A DNA stretch of 38,558 bases from Thraustochytrium aureum. Lineage: Eukaryota. The position numbers and the translations under genes are program-made. Location: contig BLSG01000154.1 of NCBI GenBank assembly GCA_012862495.1, forward strand, positions 148,261 through 186,818, in the 5' to 3' direction. Of the stretch, positions 21,272 to 32,569 are shown in pieces (the first letter of the stretch is position 1; each line of letters begins with the position of its first letter). The notes under the pieces were generated by a model that was not told the DNA's origin, made no database searches, and was given only the letters and a program-made list of their open reading frames with translations.

Positions 21272-22339
21272 TCGGCGACAGCCCGCGCCTTCGCGAGGCA
21301 GAGGCCAAATTCGCCGCCGACCTTCGAATAGCGCCGTCGCTTGAAGCGGCGGACAGGTTTTGGACGGCAGATTGGGACCGCCATCCCACGGGGTCGCGAG
21401 GACGCAGAGCAGGCCCGCCTGGTCGCTGCCTATGAGAGCGGCGCAGCGAGCGTCAAGGATTGGGACCTGGAGCAACTGCTCGAGTGCATTGGTTGTTGCG
21501 TGGTCGGCATGAACGAGTTCAACATGTATTGCGAGCGAAACTTTGTGTACGAGTTCTTTACCCTCGACTACATCAAGGCCTTGTGGCGACACTTTGCTGA
21601 GCGCGCCCAGAGACTGCACGACGCAACTGGACAGACCGAGTTCACAATCCTTGAAGTTGGTGCGGGAAACGGGCAGCTCTCGTTCCTGCTCGAGGCGCAA
21701 GCAGCGAAGACGCGCTCATCAAAGCCTTCGAGGAGGCCCTGGAAGGTCAAAATTGTTGCCACGGACACAGGGATTTGGAAAGCCCGCCATAGAGCCAAGC
21801 GCGACGTGACCAACCTGACCAATGTAGAGCGTCTAGGGTATCGTGATGCTCTCGACAAGTACAAGCCAGACTTTGTCCTCTGCTCATGGATGCCGATGAA
21901 CCAGGACTGGAGCGCGGCTTTTCGAGCCGCTCCTTCTGTGCAAGAGTACGTTCTCATCGGCGAAGTCGACGACGGGTGCTGCGGGCATAGCTGGAAGACC
22001 TGGGGCGTGGACATCGACACAAGCAACGACCCCATGTTTGCGAAAAACCGCGACGGCGACGCATTTCGCGACTCCAAAAGCACCAGCATCGACCTTTTCC
22101 ACTGGTTGAGCAAGGCAGGCGACCATCCCGCCGACGCAGTGGATACCTCGTCGCAGACGCAAGCGATCGAGTTGGCGCAGCAGCCAAAACCCTGGGAGCC
22201 AGACTTTGAACGCGCTGAGCTTCCTCTGAGCCACTTGCAGCTGTCGCGCTACGACCGCCGACACTTCGCTGCGAACTCACACACTGTGTCGTTTCGCCGC
22301 ATCGGAGAAAGCTCTGGAGAGAGAGCGAAACCAGAGTAG
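21272..22339 (+). CDS. Class I SAM-dependent methyltransferase-like protein (5' end in gap)
   Basis: Motif I TILEVGAGNGQLS, strand-2 acidic KIVATD, and DFVLCSWMP..DWS..F..VQEYVLIGE. The frame appears to run back into the gap through an indel at the G run ~21391. Confidence 0.7.
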
Positions 22340-22573
22340 TTGCCGAATCAGTTAGTTTGCAGAGGCCTACTCATGATCACAGTTTGCGCAGCTTGATCGA
22401 TGCCCGCTCGCTGGCTGAGCGCGGCCCTGCTCGGCAGCCACCTCGGGTTGCCGCGCCCGCCCCACGCCAATGCTGCAACGGTACGAGTAAACGACGCGGG
22501 CGTCTGTTGCCATGTTCGCAACAGTCTGTCTGTGAATACTGCCTGCATCGCGTTGCTCTCGCCGCTTTCAAAG

Positions 22574-23779
22574 TCAAAACCCGCACGCTCGGAGGACCTG
22601 TGCCTTGCCGTCCTTGGCGCCGATGCCGTGTACGAGCGCTGCAAGCGTGTCCCATGCACCCTGCGCGTGCACCGAGGTATACTCTGCATTTCCCGGGTTG
22701 GCTTCCGCCTCCGAAGAGCTCACACAGACACTAACCGCCAGCCGCGCAACAATGAGCGCAAACAGACTGCCAGCCTCGACCTGGCGCAGCGGCAGCTCCG
22801 CGTGGTAGCCCCTGACGACGGGCTCGACGCGGCTCAGTTTGAGCGCCTTGTCAGGCTCGGCGACCGCGATGTACGCGGCAGCGATGGCCAGCTCGCCGAC
22901 GAGCCAGGTCTCCCCAGCGTCGCCAAAGTCGATCAAACCAATGCTGCCTTCTTCCCCGTTCGCGTCGACCAAGACGTTGTAATCATTCGCGTCTCCGTGA
23001 ATGACTTGGCGTCGAAAGTGAGGAGCGCTCTGGAGGGCCTCTTCGCGAAAGATCTCGAGCGCGAGCTGGACCAGGGCGAGTCGAGCAGGGTCTTTCACAG
23101 CAGGCATGAACTGCGTGATTGTCCGCTCTGCGTTGGCAATGTCCCAAACCAGGTCGCGCCGCATGCCTTGATGCTCAAAGCCGGCCAGGTCTCTGTCGAG
23201 CAATGCTAGCGCGCGGCCGAACGATGCGTGGAGCTCCACTGTTTGGTTCTCGACGTTTGCGAGCACTCGTCCTGGCACAAATGTGAGCAGCCGGACAATG
23301 TGCGTGTGCCCCCGCACCGAGATCTCCGCGTTTGGAAAGCGCTGCGAAGGGGCCGCAACGCTCGAGACGATTCCGAGCAGAGCCTCTTGTGCGTCGAGGT
23401 TGTTGCGGCCTTGCGTCGAGTCGTGCTCGTTGTGGATTTTGGCCACGAACCGCCGCTCGTTTCCGGCGGCGTCGACCACTGTCACCAGGAAGTTGAGATC
23501 TTCGTACGAGGGGACCTGGTGCAGGTCTTCTGGCTCGACGCAGACGTTGAATTCGTTGCGGAGCACATCTGCCACTTCCGCCTTGGTCAGCGTGGGTCTG
23601 TGGCGCCATGTCAGTTGGCTGCTGCGCTTGCCTGTCCCCTCCGCGGCGAGTGGCAGGTTGAAGCGCCGCCTGCCCGTCGGCTCTGCTGCCTTCGTCGGGC
23701 GCCTCGAGCGAGCCCTCCTGCTGCCGAGCCCGGACGGCTCGTTCGCAGGGGGCACAACTTACTTGGTCTTGACGGCCAT
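22574..23779 (-). CDS. HYKK: Hydroxylysine kinase / aminoglycoside phosphotransferase (APH/ChoK)-family protein; exons 23779-23763 and 23597-22574, 346 aa
   Basis: PSYEDLNFLV, FVAKIHN, VRLLTFVPG, Brenner motif IHGDANDYNVLV and GLIDFGD. Intron 23762-23598 (GTAAGT...ACTGAC...CACAG) gives in-frame MAVKTKPTLTKAEV. Confidence 0.8.
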
Positions 23780-24218
23780 CGCGCGCCAGCCCCCCCAGGC
23801 CCGTGGCCCTGCCCTCGCGGCGCGTGCGTTGCGCTCGGCTTGTTCTGGCGCGCAGGGAGCGGCGCGAGGAGCCGCTGCTAGCGCTGCCGGGCAAGAGGGC
23901 GACAGGCGGTGGCACCGGCCAGGCGGGCTGCAGCGGCGGGAGGGCAAGAGACTGACNNNNNNNNNNNNNNNNNNNNNNNNNNNNNNNNNNNNNNNNNNNN
24001 NNNNNNNNNNNNNNNNNNNNNNNNNNNNNNNNNNNNNNNNNNNNNNNNNNNNNNNNNNNNNNNNNNNNNNNNNNNNNNNNNNNNNNNNNNNNNNNNNNNN
24101 NNNNNNNNNNNNNNNNNNNNNNNNNNNNNNNNNNNNNNNNNNNNNNNNNNNNNNNNNNNNNNNTTTCAGATGGAGGAAAAGCTGCAAAAGGTGCGCGGCG
24201 CCGCGCGCGGTCTTGCGG

Positions 24219-25913
24219 TCAAACAGCGTTGTCGCCCCTGATCGGCTCGGCCGCCGACGCTGCGTCCGGCGCCTCGTCCCCCCGCTCCTCGTTCGAGTCC
24301 GCGTGGGCAACGTCGTCCGCTTCTGCAGGCGACACTTGCACGACGTGCGCGGCCGAGGACTCGAGCGCGGAGCTGAGGGCAGAGCTCGGCTGGCGGCCAG
24401 CCAGCTCCTTCTTGCGCAGGACGCTCAGGGGGCGGCCCTGCGCCTTGAACTGGCTGTGGATGCTGAGGCCCACGACGATGAGCTCTGGGTTGGCTTCCAC
24501 AAAGGCCTTGAACTTGTCCTTGTCGACGAGGCCCGAGCCCGAGGGATCGGCAGCGCGCAGGAGCGAGCGAGTGAGTTGCGGGTGGACCTCTTTGAAGACC
24601 TTTTTCAGGACGGCGTTGAGGCTGGCAGCCTCGATCTTGCCATTCCCGTCAGGGTCGAGGGCGGCAAAGAGCAGCTCGATCCCGTCAGCAGGCGAAGCAT
24701 TCTGGCTGAGGAAGGTAAGCCCGATCAAAAAGGCGCGAAAGTCAATCGACCCGCTTTCCTCCGTGTCGATCAGGTCGAACATCTCGCGCACGGGGTCAGT
24801 GAGCGGCACGTTGAGCGCTTTGGCAAACTGCTCGACGTCCATCTTTCCAGACTTGCGCACCTTGGGATCAGCGCCAAACTTGCGCAGGAGCCGCTTGGCC
24901 TCCTTGAGGTCGATGCCGATCAGGTCGCTGACGCCCTGAAACTCGAAGTTGACTACCGCGTCAGTGTTCATCTTGGCCTTGGCGGCAGCCATGGAGAGAA
25001 ACGAGCTCGCATACGAGTGCTCGCTTGTCGGCAGTCCCAGCTCCTGAGCCATCTTTGCGCGAACGTTGCTCGCGTACAGCTCCGCGTTGTTTTTCTCCTC
25101 GGCGCTCGGCTCGTATACGGGCAGGAACTCGATTTGGGCGCGGTTGTAGATCTGGGAAAGGAGCCTGAGGACGAGCTTGAAACGGGAGGGCGACGAGGAG
25201 GTCCAAGCCGGGTCAAAAAAGGTGTATGGCCAGCGGAGCAGGACGGGCTGAACGGGCTCGCCAGCTACGAAAGCGCCAACCTTGAACTGGATCACCGATG
25301 TGCGGTTCGTGCAGGTGCCCTCGGGAAAGATGAGGAGGCGGTTCCAGTTTTCGTCCTTTGCCTTTGCGCGGCGTACAAATTCATTGAGGGCCTTTTTGCG
25401 CCCATCCTTGTTGCCACGCTGCACCGCGATCATCTGGCCCGCGCGAAACAAGGTGCCGAACACAGGCGTCTTCTTGGCCTCCTCTTTGCCCATGCCAGAG
25501 AAGAGGCCCATGTAGGCGCACACCACAAACGTGTCCACGAAGGTGGAGTGCGGCGCCACAACAACGACGGGGGCCTTGGACCTCGGCGCGCACTTGCCCT
25601 TGACGTCGATCCAGTAAAACCCGAACACAAGGAGGAAAATTCGGGCCAACCAAGGCACTGGGATGAGCCACATGCGCCTCAGGCAAGACATGGGCTTGGT
25701 CTCGTCCATGCCCAGGATAGCCAAGCGGCAGAACAAGGCCATCGCCAGTAGGGTCAGCCCTGCCAGGAGGAACTTGATCGGCACCAAGACAAGGCCGACC
25801 AGGCACTTGAGCATCTCCCACGCGTTCCACCGGTCGTGGTAGGTGAACGGGTTGGCGTCTGTTTCGGCGTCGCCCAGGCGCTGGGCCAGCTCGCCGCGCT
25901 TGCTCGCCTCCAT
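24219..25913 (-). CDS. LPCAT: Lysophosphatidylcholine acyltransferase (LPCAT1/2-like, AGPAT family) with C-terminal EF-hands
   Basis: NPF plus N-terminal TM segment, catalytic HX4D (APHSTFVD), LLIFPEGTCTN, FKVGAF and PVQPV. EF-hand-like loops DTEESGSIDFRAF, DPDGNGKIE and DPSGSGLVD. First ATG at 25913. Confidence 0.9.
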   Translation of the reverse strand: MEASKRGELAQRLGDAETDANPFTYHDRWNAWEMLKCLVGLVLVPIKFLLAGLTLLAMALFCRLAILGMDETKPMSCLRRMWLIPVPWLARIFLLVFGFYWIDVKGKCAPRSKAPVVVVAPHSTFVDTFVVCAYMGLFSGMGKEEAKKTPVFGTLFRAGQMIAVQRGNKDGRKKALNEFVRRAKAKDENWNRLLIFPEGTCTNRTSVIQFKVGAFVAGEPVQPVLLRWPYTFFDPAWTSSSPSRFKLVLRLLSQIYNRAQIEFLPVYEPSAEEKNNAELYASNVRAKMAQELGLPTSEHSYASSFLSMAAAKAKMNTDAVVNFEFQGVSDLIGIDLKEAKRLLRKFGADPKVRKSGKMDVEQFAKALNVPLTDPVREMFDLIDTEESGSIDFRAFLIGLTFLSQNASPADGIELLFAALDPDGNGKIEAASLNAVLKKVFKEVHPQLTRSLLRAADPSGSGLVDKDKFKAFVEANPELIVVGLSIHSQFKAQGRPLSVLRKKELAGRQPSSALSSALESSAAHVVQVSPAEADDVAHADSNEERGDEAPDAASAAEPIRGDNAV

Positions 25914-26269
25914 TGTGTATGGCGCGTGGCTCTCGGCACTGCCCGAGCTCGGGTCGGGCTGGTCGCGGGCGCTCAGCCTGGTTTCGGTCTGCAGCGTCCC
26001 GACGCCGCAGGTTGGTGAGGCAACGGGCAAGACAACTTCCTCACAAACGGACTGCACAACCTCAACTCGTACACACTCTGAAAGCCGTGCCAGTGGAGGA
26101 GGGCCATTCGTCCGGCTTTCTTCTAGTATGTTTGTGAGTACGCTCACAGCTCACACTGGCAGCAGAGTCGAAAATTGGAGCGGCCATTTCCGCTCGCGTG
26201 ACCTCTCAGGTCATCCGAGTCGACAGTGAAGATCGGAACGTGACGAATGCCAAACTCGGGCTCACTGGA

Positions 26270-28249
26270 CTAGCGCAGATCGTCGTCGTCGTCGTCGTCA
26301 GAGTTCTCTATCGCGACCTGCCCGGCACGAGCAACTGGGGAGTAAGAGTCGGAGCCGTCGTCGTCGTCCTCCTCGTCATCATCAGACCCGCTCAGCATAT
26401 CCTCCCCGCCCTCGCCAGGACTCGCTATGTAGTGCTGTTCTTGCCACGTTGGCGGCGGCGGCACAGGCGCGTCGTAGTGCTCCTCTTGGTCCTGCAGATC
26501 TGCGACATGGCCAGCCTCCGCTTCAGCTTCGCAAGGGTCGCGGCTGTCGCGGCGTTCCCACGACTCGCCCTGCTGGAACTCGTGGTCGAGCTGGTCCATG
26601 AGATCTTCGACGGTCTCGCCCGGCTCCGTTTGCACGATCTCGCCTTCGTCGTTAAACGTGGAGATCTTTGGCGGGCGGTGTGCCATTTGCTGCGCCTCGC
26701 CTTGGCCATACTGCTCCAGGGCCTGGGCAGCGTCGCCCCTCGCCCAGGGCCCCCCTTCATCAACCTCACCGTGGGCCTGCTCTGCGCTGTAGTCGTAGGA
26801 GGGACCTGCTTGCTCCCAGCTCTGTGTCCCGGCTTGGCCAGCGAGCCCAGGCTCCTGGCCAACTTGGTCGTAAGTCTCAGCGTACTGATTGTAGCCCATG
26901 TCCTGGCCCTGACTCTGGTCGTACTCGCTGAACCCACCAGCGCCCTGGTCCTGGCTCGCACCGTATTCCGAGTAGCCGCCAGCCCCGTGCGCTTGGCTAG
27001 CGCCGTATCCATGGCCGTACTCGCTGAAAGCCCCGCCGGACACCTGTTGGCCACTCTGGTCCACATACTGCGGCGCAAACGCCACGTCCGCCTCGCTACC
27101 AAGTTGCACCCTCTCAATCCCCCACTCGTTCTCGGCGTGAAGCGACCCCTCGTGCTCTGCGGCGGCCGCGGCGGCCAGCGCCTCTACGGCCCCTGCGCTC
27201 GCCTGCGGGCTCCAGCCGGCATACTCGTTCTGCCGCTGCAAGCAGCAAGCTAGTGAGCAGTCTTGGTTGGGCCGCACAATCCCGCCGGGGAAAAAGTTGG
27301 ACAGCGCGTTGTAGCCCTGGTGAAAGCTGAGCTCGCCAAAGCCAAGCATGTGCTTGAGCGAGTTTTGCACCAACATTCCGGCGACAATGCCCATCGTCGT
27401 GGGCAGCGAGGCTGCACAAACTCCTTCCCGCTTGAGCGAAGCCTCGTCGATGCCGGTGGCCACCGCCAGGGGGGGCACGCAGGCGAAGCAGGCGGTGCGC
27501 CCCGGGAGGAGATACTGGATATGGCCAGACATGGCATCTTCTGAAACGCCAGACTCCATCCAGGGCTGGTCGAGCTCTGTGCAGGCCTGGTTGATCGCCA
27601 TGCGAGCTGCATAGTTGTCCACGCAGCTGAGGACGAGGTCGACGGGCGAGGCCCCGTCGAGGGCGCCGCGGCGAATGCGGTCCACAAAGTGCTCAAAATT
27701 GTCCATCGTGGTCACGTCGTACGTGTACTGCTCAAACTGCACGTCCGGGTTGATGCTCGCGAGGGTCTGCTCGGCAGCCTCGGTCTTGGACATGCCAACA
27801 TGCTCGGGTCTGAAAAAGAGGCGGTTCATGTTGGCCATTTCAACGCGGTCGTAGTCGAAAAGGAGCAATTTGCCCACGCCGCACCGCGCGAGCATTTCTG
27901 CGGCTACGGCGCCGATACCGCCGAGGCCGACGATCACGACGGCCTTGTCGCGGATCAACTCGTAGTTTTCGACAATGCCCATGCGCTTGAGCGCCATTAC
28001 GCGCGAGTAGGGGTTGTCGGCGTTCACGTCCGCCGACATGGTGGCCAGAGGCTCCCTCACGGTGGCGCCCGTTGGTGCCGGTTCAGAGCCAGCGGGGGCT
28101 TGCTGCGCTTCGCTCGCTGCGGTCTGGCCCTCTACGAGGCTTGCGAGTTTGCTGCGCAGCTCGCTGACCGTGCGTTTGAGCAGCTCGAGGTCGCTGGCGG
28201 CGGACATTTGGCCTCCGCCGTTCGCCTCTGTCGCGTGGGGCTCGCCCAT
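26270..28249 (-). CDS. UBA5: UFM1-activating enzyme E1 (UBA5) with an expanded C-terminus
   Basis: [53 protein letters not shown], active-site [22 protein letters not shown] and TVEDLMDQL. Confidence 0.95.
   Translation of the reverse strand: MGEPHATEANGGGQMSAASDLELLKRTVSELRSKLASLVEGQTAASEAQQAPAGSEPAPTGATVREPLATMSADVNADNPYSRVMALKRMGIVENYELIRDKAVVIVGLGGIGAVAAEMLARCGVGKLLLFDYDRVEMANMNRLFFRPEHVGMSKTEAAEQTLASINPDVQFEQYTYDVTTMDNFEHFVDRIRRGALDGASPVDLVLSCVDNYAARMAINQACTELDQPWMESGVSEDAMSGHIQYLLPGRTACFACVPPLAVATGIDEASLKREGVCAASLPTTMGIVAGMLVQNSLKHMLGFGELSFHQGYNALSNFFPGGIVRPNQDCSLACCLQRQNEYAGWSPQASAGAVEALAAAAAAEHEGSLHAENEWGIERVQLGSEADVAFAPQYVDQSGQQVSGGAFSEYGHGYGASQAHGAGGYSEYGASQDQGAGGFSEYDQSQGQDMGYNQYAETYDQVGQEPGLAGQAGTQSWEQAGPSYDYSAEQAHGEVDEGGPWARGDAAQALEQYGQGEAQQMAHRPPKISTFNDEGEIVQTEPGETVEDLMDQLDHEFQQGESWERRDSRDPCEAEAEAGHVADLQDQEEHYDAPVPPPPTWQEQHYIASPGEGGEDMLSGSDDDEEDDDDGSDSYSPVARAGQVAIENSDDDDDDDLR
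26903..27040 (-). repeat. Imperfect 42-nt coding tandem repeat within UBA5
   Basis: [45 protein letters not shown]. Confidence 0.75.
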
Positions 28250-28753
28250 CCTTGCTCGGGGCGGGCAACGACGTGCTGCCTGCCACCTTGTCGTCCTCGA
28301 CCTCTCTCGCCAAGTGCGGCCCGTCGGGCGCCCTGTTGNNNNNNNNNNNNNNNNNNNNNNNNNNNNNNNNNNNNNNNNNNNNNNNNNNNNNNNNNNNNNN
28401 NNNNNNNNNNNNNNNNNNNNNNNNNNNNNNNNNNNNNNNNNNNNNNNNNNNNNNNNNNNNNNNNNNNNNNNNNNNNNNNNNNNNNNNNNNNNNNNNNNNN
28501 NNNNNNNNNNNNNNNNNNNNNNNNNNNNNNNNNNNNNNNNNNNNNNNNNNNNNNNNNNNNNNNNNNNNNNNNNNNNNNNNNNNNNNNNNNNNNNNNNNNN
28601 NNNNNNNNNNNNNNNNNNNNNNNNNNNNNNNNNNNNNNNNNNNNNNNNNNNNNNNNNNNNNNNNNNNNNNNNNNNNNNNNNNNNNNNNNNNNNNNNNNNN
28701 NNNNNNNNNNNNNNNNNNNNNNNNNNNNNNNNNNNNNNNNNNNNNNNNNNNNN

Positions 28754-29499
28754 CGGGTGAGCGCCCTCCTTGTCGGCGGCGGATACGCCGAGTTCGTTGC
28801 TGTAGACGAGCGGCAGGTAATGGTGCTCCCCGACGGCCAGACCTGGGAGGAGGCAAGCGCCGTGCCTGAGGTCTGGCTAACCGCGTTCCAGCTTCTCCAC
28901 AAGGTTGCCCAGCTCGCCCCAGGTGACGTCGTTCTTGTGCATGCTGGCGCATCAGGCGTTGGCACTGCAGCGATTCAGCTCGCCAAAGCCCACGGAGTAA
29001 AGCAAATCTTCGTCACCGCCGGCTCCGAGGACAAGATTGCCCTGCAACGAGTCTTGGCGCCTCTGCAGGCTTCAACTACAAGACAGAGGACTGGGCCGCG
29101 CAGGTGCTTGAGCGCACCGGGGGGCACGGCGCAGACGTCATCCTCGACTGCATCGGGTTTCCCTACGTAGACAGCAACTTGCGAGCCGTGGCGGAGGACG
29201 GGCGCTGGGTCCTTTTTGGCTTGATGGGAGGCATGGCGAGCGAAATGGCGCCAATCCTGGGCCAAGTCTTGCGCAAGCGTGTGCGTCTGATAGGCTCGAC
29301 GCTCCGAGCGCGCTCCATCGAGTACAAGTCAGACCTCGTGAGCAGCTTTAATGCCGCTACGCGAGAGCTTTTTGCGAGCGGGACGCTGCGGCCTGTCTTG
29401 GACGAGCGCTCCTTCCGTGGCCTTGACGCGATCGCTGCGGCGCACGCCTACATGGCAACCAACAACTCCAAGGGCAAGATCATTGTGAGCGTCCTGTAG
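28754..29499 (+). CDS. NAD(P)H:quinone oxidoreductase, PIG3/TP53I3-like MDR family (5' end in gap)
   Basis: ALLVGGGYAEFV, PEVWLTAFQLL, VLVHAGASGVGTAAIQLA, GADVILDCIG, IGSTLRARS and GKIIV. One 1-nt indel at ~29044 (KIAL-ATSLGASAGFNYK). Confidence 0.9.
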
Positions 29500-29791
29500 A
29501 CACTTGCAGACGTAAACGGGGGCTGCTTGAAGCAGCGTCTGGGTCGCTCGAGCTCGAGCCGCCCCCCCTGCAAGCCAAACTTGGCGGCAAAAGCAGCCAT
29601 GCAACGTAGAATGCCTCCGCAAGCCAAGCTCGGCAGCGTCAGAGCCAGTGAATTTGAAGTAAAAAACGATTGCGTCCAGAAATGCTGCCAACTCTAGCAG
29701 GGAGGACTCGGCGACGGAGCGCGCAAAGTCTCCGCTCTAGCATGTAGCATGCGCCAAACCCTCTTCGCTGGCCACGGGGACTCGCTCTGCC

Positions 29792-31426
29792 TTACTCGGC
29801 AGCATCACTCGGCGATGAAGGGCCGGACGACTTTACCATATCCACTGCCGATAGTCCACTCACCGGGGGGTTGGCTGGCATAGACTTGGGCGAGCGCGAG
29901 CCCGGAAGCTCTGGGAAAACCTCGGCGTTCTGCACGCTGGGCGGCGCCGTTTTGTTGGCCTGCTTGGTCTTTTTCGGCTTTGCATCAGCGGCGTCGGGCG
30001 CGGGCTCTGCGCTGGCCGCGGGCTTCGACTTGCGCGGCGCACGGGGCAGCACGTCATAGTAGGCTCGCTTTTCCTGAAGCTGCTTGATCGACTCCGGTAC
30101 GTCTTCGACCTTGGCCGGGGCGCGAAGCTCGAGCATGGCGAACGACTGCAGGAGGTCAAGTGGGTGCGTGAGGCGCCCATCGGGTTTTCTTCTTCTTGTT
30201 GGCCTTGCTCTTCTTGGCCTTTGCCTTGCCCATGACCAAAAAGCTCTCCTCTTCCACGGCCTTCTTGCCAACCGGCTTGAGGTCTCCAAAGTCGTCGCTC
30301 CCCGCACGCAGCTCGGGGGCTTCTCCGCCGACAGGGCCGGACGGCTTGGGCGCGCCGTTGGCGTTGTCGGCGGCCAACTCGGGGGACGCGGCCTTTGCCG
30401 AGCCCCCCGACACGTTGCCCAGGTACTTGATGAGCGCGTCGCAGAGCGCAATCTCCGCCTCCCAGGGCTTTTGCTTGAGCTCTTCTTCTTCGAGCTTGCG
30501 CTCGTACTCCTCGCGCTCTTTGCGGTACTGCGCCTCGCGCTCCTTGCGCTCGGCGTCGCGCTGCTTGTTGAGCTCGGTAAGGTGCTTCTTGAAGGCAGTC
30601 CACTGCTTGGAAAAGTCCTTCTTGACCTGCTCGCGCTCCTGGAAGAGCGCGTTGATCTCCTTCTGCAGCTTGTCGCGCTTCTTCTGCAGCTTGTCGCCCT
30701 TGGTGGAGGCCTCCTTGTTGTCCGCGGCGAGTTTGTCGAGCTCGGCGCTGATGCTCTCAATCTCTGGCTTGAACTTGTCGGCTTCAGCGCGCTTCGCCTT
30801 GATCTCGGCACGCAGGGTCGGGATGTCGTCGGCTTGGGCGCTGGTGGCGGCCTGCTCCGCAACGAACTCGGCCACCTTGCGTCGCGTCGCCTTGAGCGCC
30901 TGGATCTCCTTCATCACGACCTTTTCTTCCTCGCGCGAGAGGGCCGTGGTTTCGTGCTTGCGCTCCAAAGCAGCAATCTTGGCGTCGACGTCGCTGACGT
31001 TCGAGAAGCGGAGCTGTTCGCGTGCCTGCTTTTGCTTTTCGCGCTTGGACTGCCTTTTTTCACGATCGCGTCGACGCGCTCCTTGATCTCCTTGGCGCTG
31101 TTCATAAAAGCATTGCGCTTGTCGCGCAGGGCCTTGGCCTTGTTGACCAGCTCGCGTTTCTTGTCGTGGAACGGCTTGTTGCCGGCGCGAACGAGCTGCT
31201 GCTGCTTGTCCACCTCGCTGCGCTCGGCCAGGAGGCTGTCAATTTTGTCGCTCAGCTCCTTGATTTTGGCATCTTTCGCGTCCGTGTCCGGCCGCGGCAC
31301 GCGCTCCAGCTGCTTGGTCGCTGTCTTGGGCGTTTTCTCGCCTCGCTCGACGGCTGCAGTGCCGGTGGGCGTGGCCTCAGCCTCCGTCGTGGCGGCGGGC
31401 TCGTTGCCCTTGGTTGGATCAGCCAT
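29792..31426 (-). CDS. Long coiled-coil protein, BFR1 (nuclear segregation protein) / proton-pump-interactor-like (frameshifted in assembly)
   Basis: ATG 31426. VPRPDTDAKDAKIKEL, HETTALSREEEKVVMKEIQALK, KPWEAEIALCDALIKYL and LTHPLDLLQSFAMLELRAP..IKQLQEKRAYY match the block order I recall for the BFR1/PPI family. Indels at T6 31055-31060 and T4 ~30187. Confidence 0.65.
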
Positions 31427-32569
31427 TGCCAGTGAGCGCGCTGCAGTCGCCCCGCCCGGTCGGTCAGGCCTGCGCTGGTCTGGTGTCGCGTTCGCTGGCG
31501 CTGGCGCGGCGTCGGGCACTGGCGTGTGCGGTGCGCACCTCTCGCTGCTCTGCTGGTCGGCGCAGCGAACAACGAAACGCTCCCTCAAAGTGAGCTTGTG
31601 AAACCGGCCGGCTGCACGCCGCACGGCGAGGGTCCTGGGCGGTAGCCAGCCTCTCGAGCGCCACGCAGCGCAGCAAGGCGGCTCGCGCGATCTCGGGTGG
31701 CCGTCCTCCGCGTCAACNNNNNNNNNNNNNNNNNNNNNNNNNNNNNNNNNNNNNNNNNNNNNNNNNNNNNNNNNNNNNNNNNNNNNNNNNNNNNNNNNNN
31801 NNNNNNNNNNNNNNNNNNNNNNNNNNNNNNNNNNNNNNNNNNNNNNNNNNNNNNNNNNNNNNNNNNNNNNNNNNNNNNNNNNNNNNNNNNNNNNNNNNNN
31901 NNNNNNNNNNNNNNNNNNNNNNNNNNNNNNNNNNNNNNNNNNNNNNNNNNNNNNNNNNNNNNNNNNNNNNNNNNNNNNNNNNNNNNNNNNNNNNNNNNNN
32001 NNNNNNNNNNNNNNNNNNNNNNNNNNNNNNNNNNNNNNNNNNNNNNNNNNNNNNNNNNNNNNNNNNNNNNNNNNNNNNNNNNNNNNNNNNNNNNNNNNNN
32101 NNNNNNNNNNNNNNNNNNNNNNNNNNNNNNNNNNNNNNNNNNNNNNNNNNNNNNNNNNNNNNNNNNNNNNNNNNNNNNNNNNNNNNNNNNNNNNNNNNNN
32201 NNNNNNNNNNNNNNNNNNNNNNNNNNNNNNNNNNCCAGTGGAGGCTGTTTCGAACGGGCCCTCAGAGCCGCGGGTGCCCCTCGCAGGGAGGGCGGGAGGG
32301 GCTCCGGCAGGGTTCGCTGAGAGGGCGATCGATCCTCCGATTCCTTCCAGGTGTTCTCGCTGCGGCGGTTGCCTCGGAGACAGCCAACCAGCAGCAAGCA
32401 GCAGACCGTCAAGGACGCGCGCAGGCCGACGAGGAAGCGGCAGGGCAGCGCCAGGGAAGGGAGCGAGCGAGCGAGCGAGCGAGCGAGGGAGGAGCAAGCG
32501 GAGGGACGGGCCAGCGCGCGCAGGCGGAGGAGACACGCATCAGCTGGGCGCCAGCCGGACCACGCCACC

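Noticed and set aside
22574..23779. Aminoglycoside resistance gene acquired by HGT
   Set aside because: The motifs fit the eukaryotic HYKK/AGPHD1 type, the gene has a spliceosomal intron and its composition matches the host.
26198..31601. Long + strand antisense ORFs over UBA5 and the BFR1-like gene (e.g. 26198-27253, 30084-31601)
   Set aside because: Shadow ORFs expected from GC-rich codon bias on the opposite strand.
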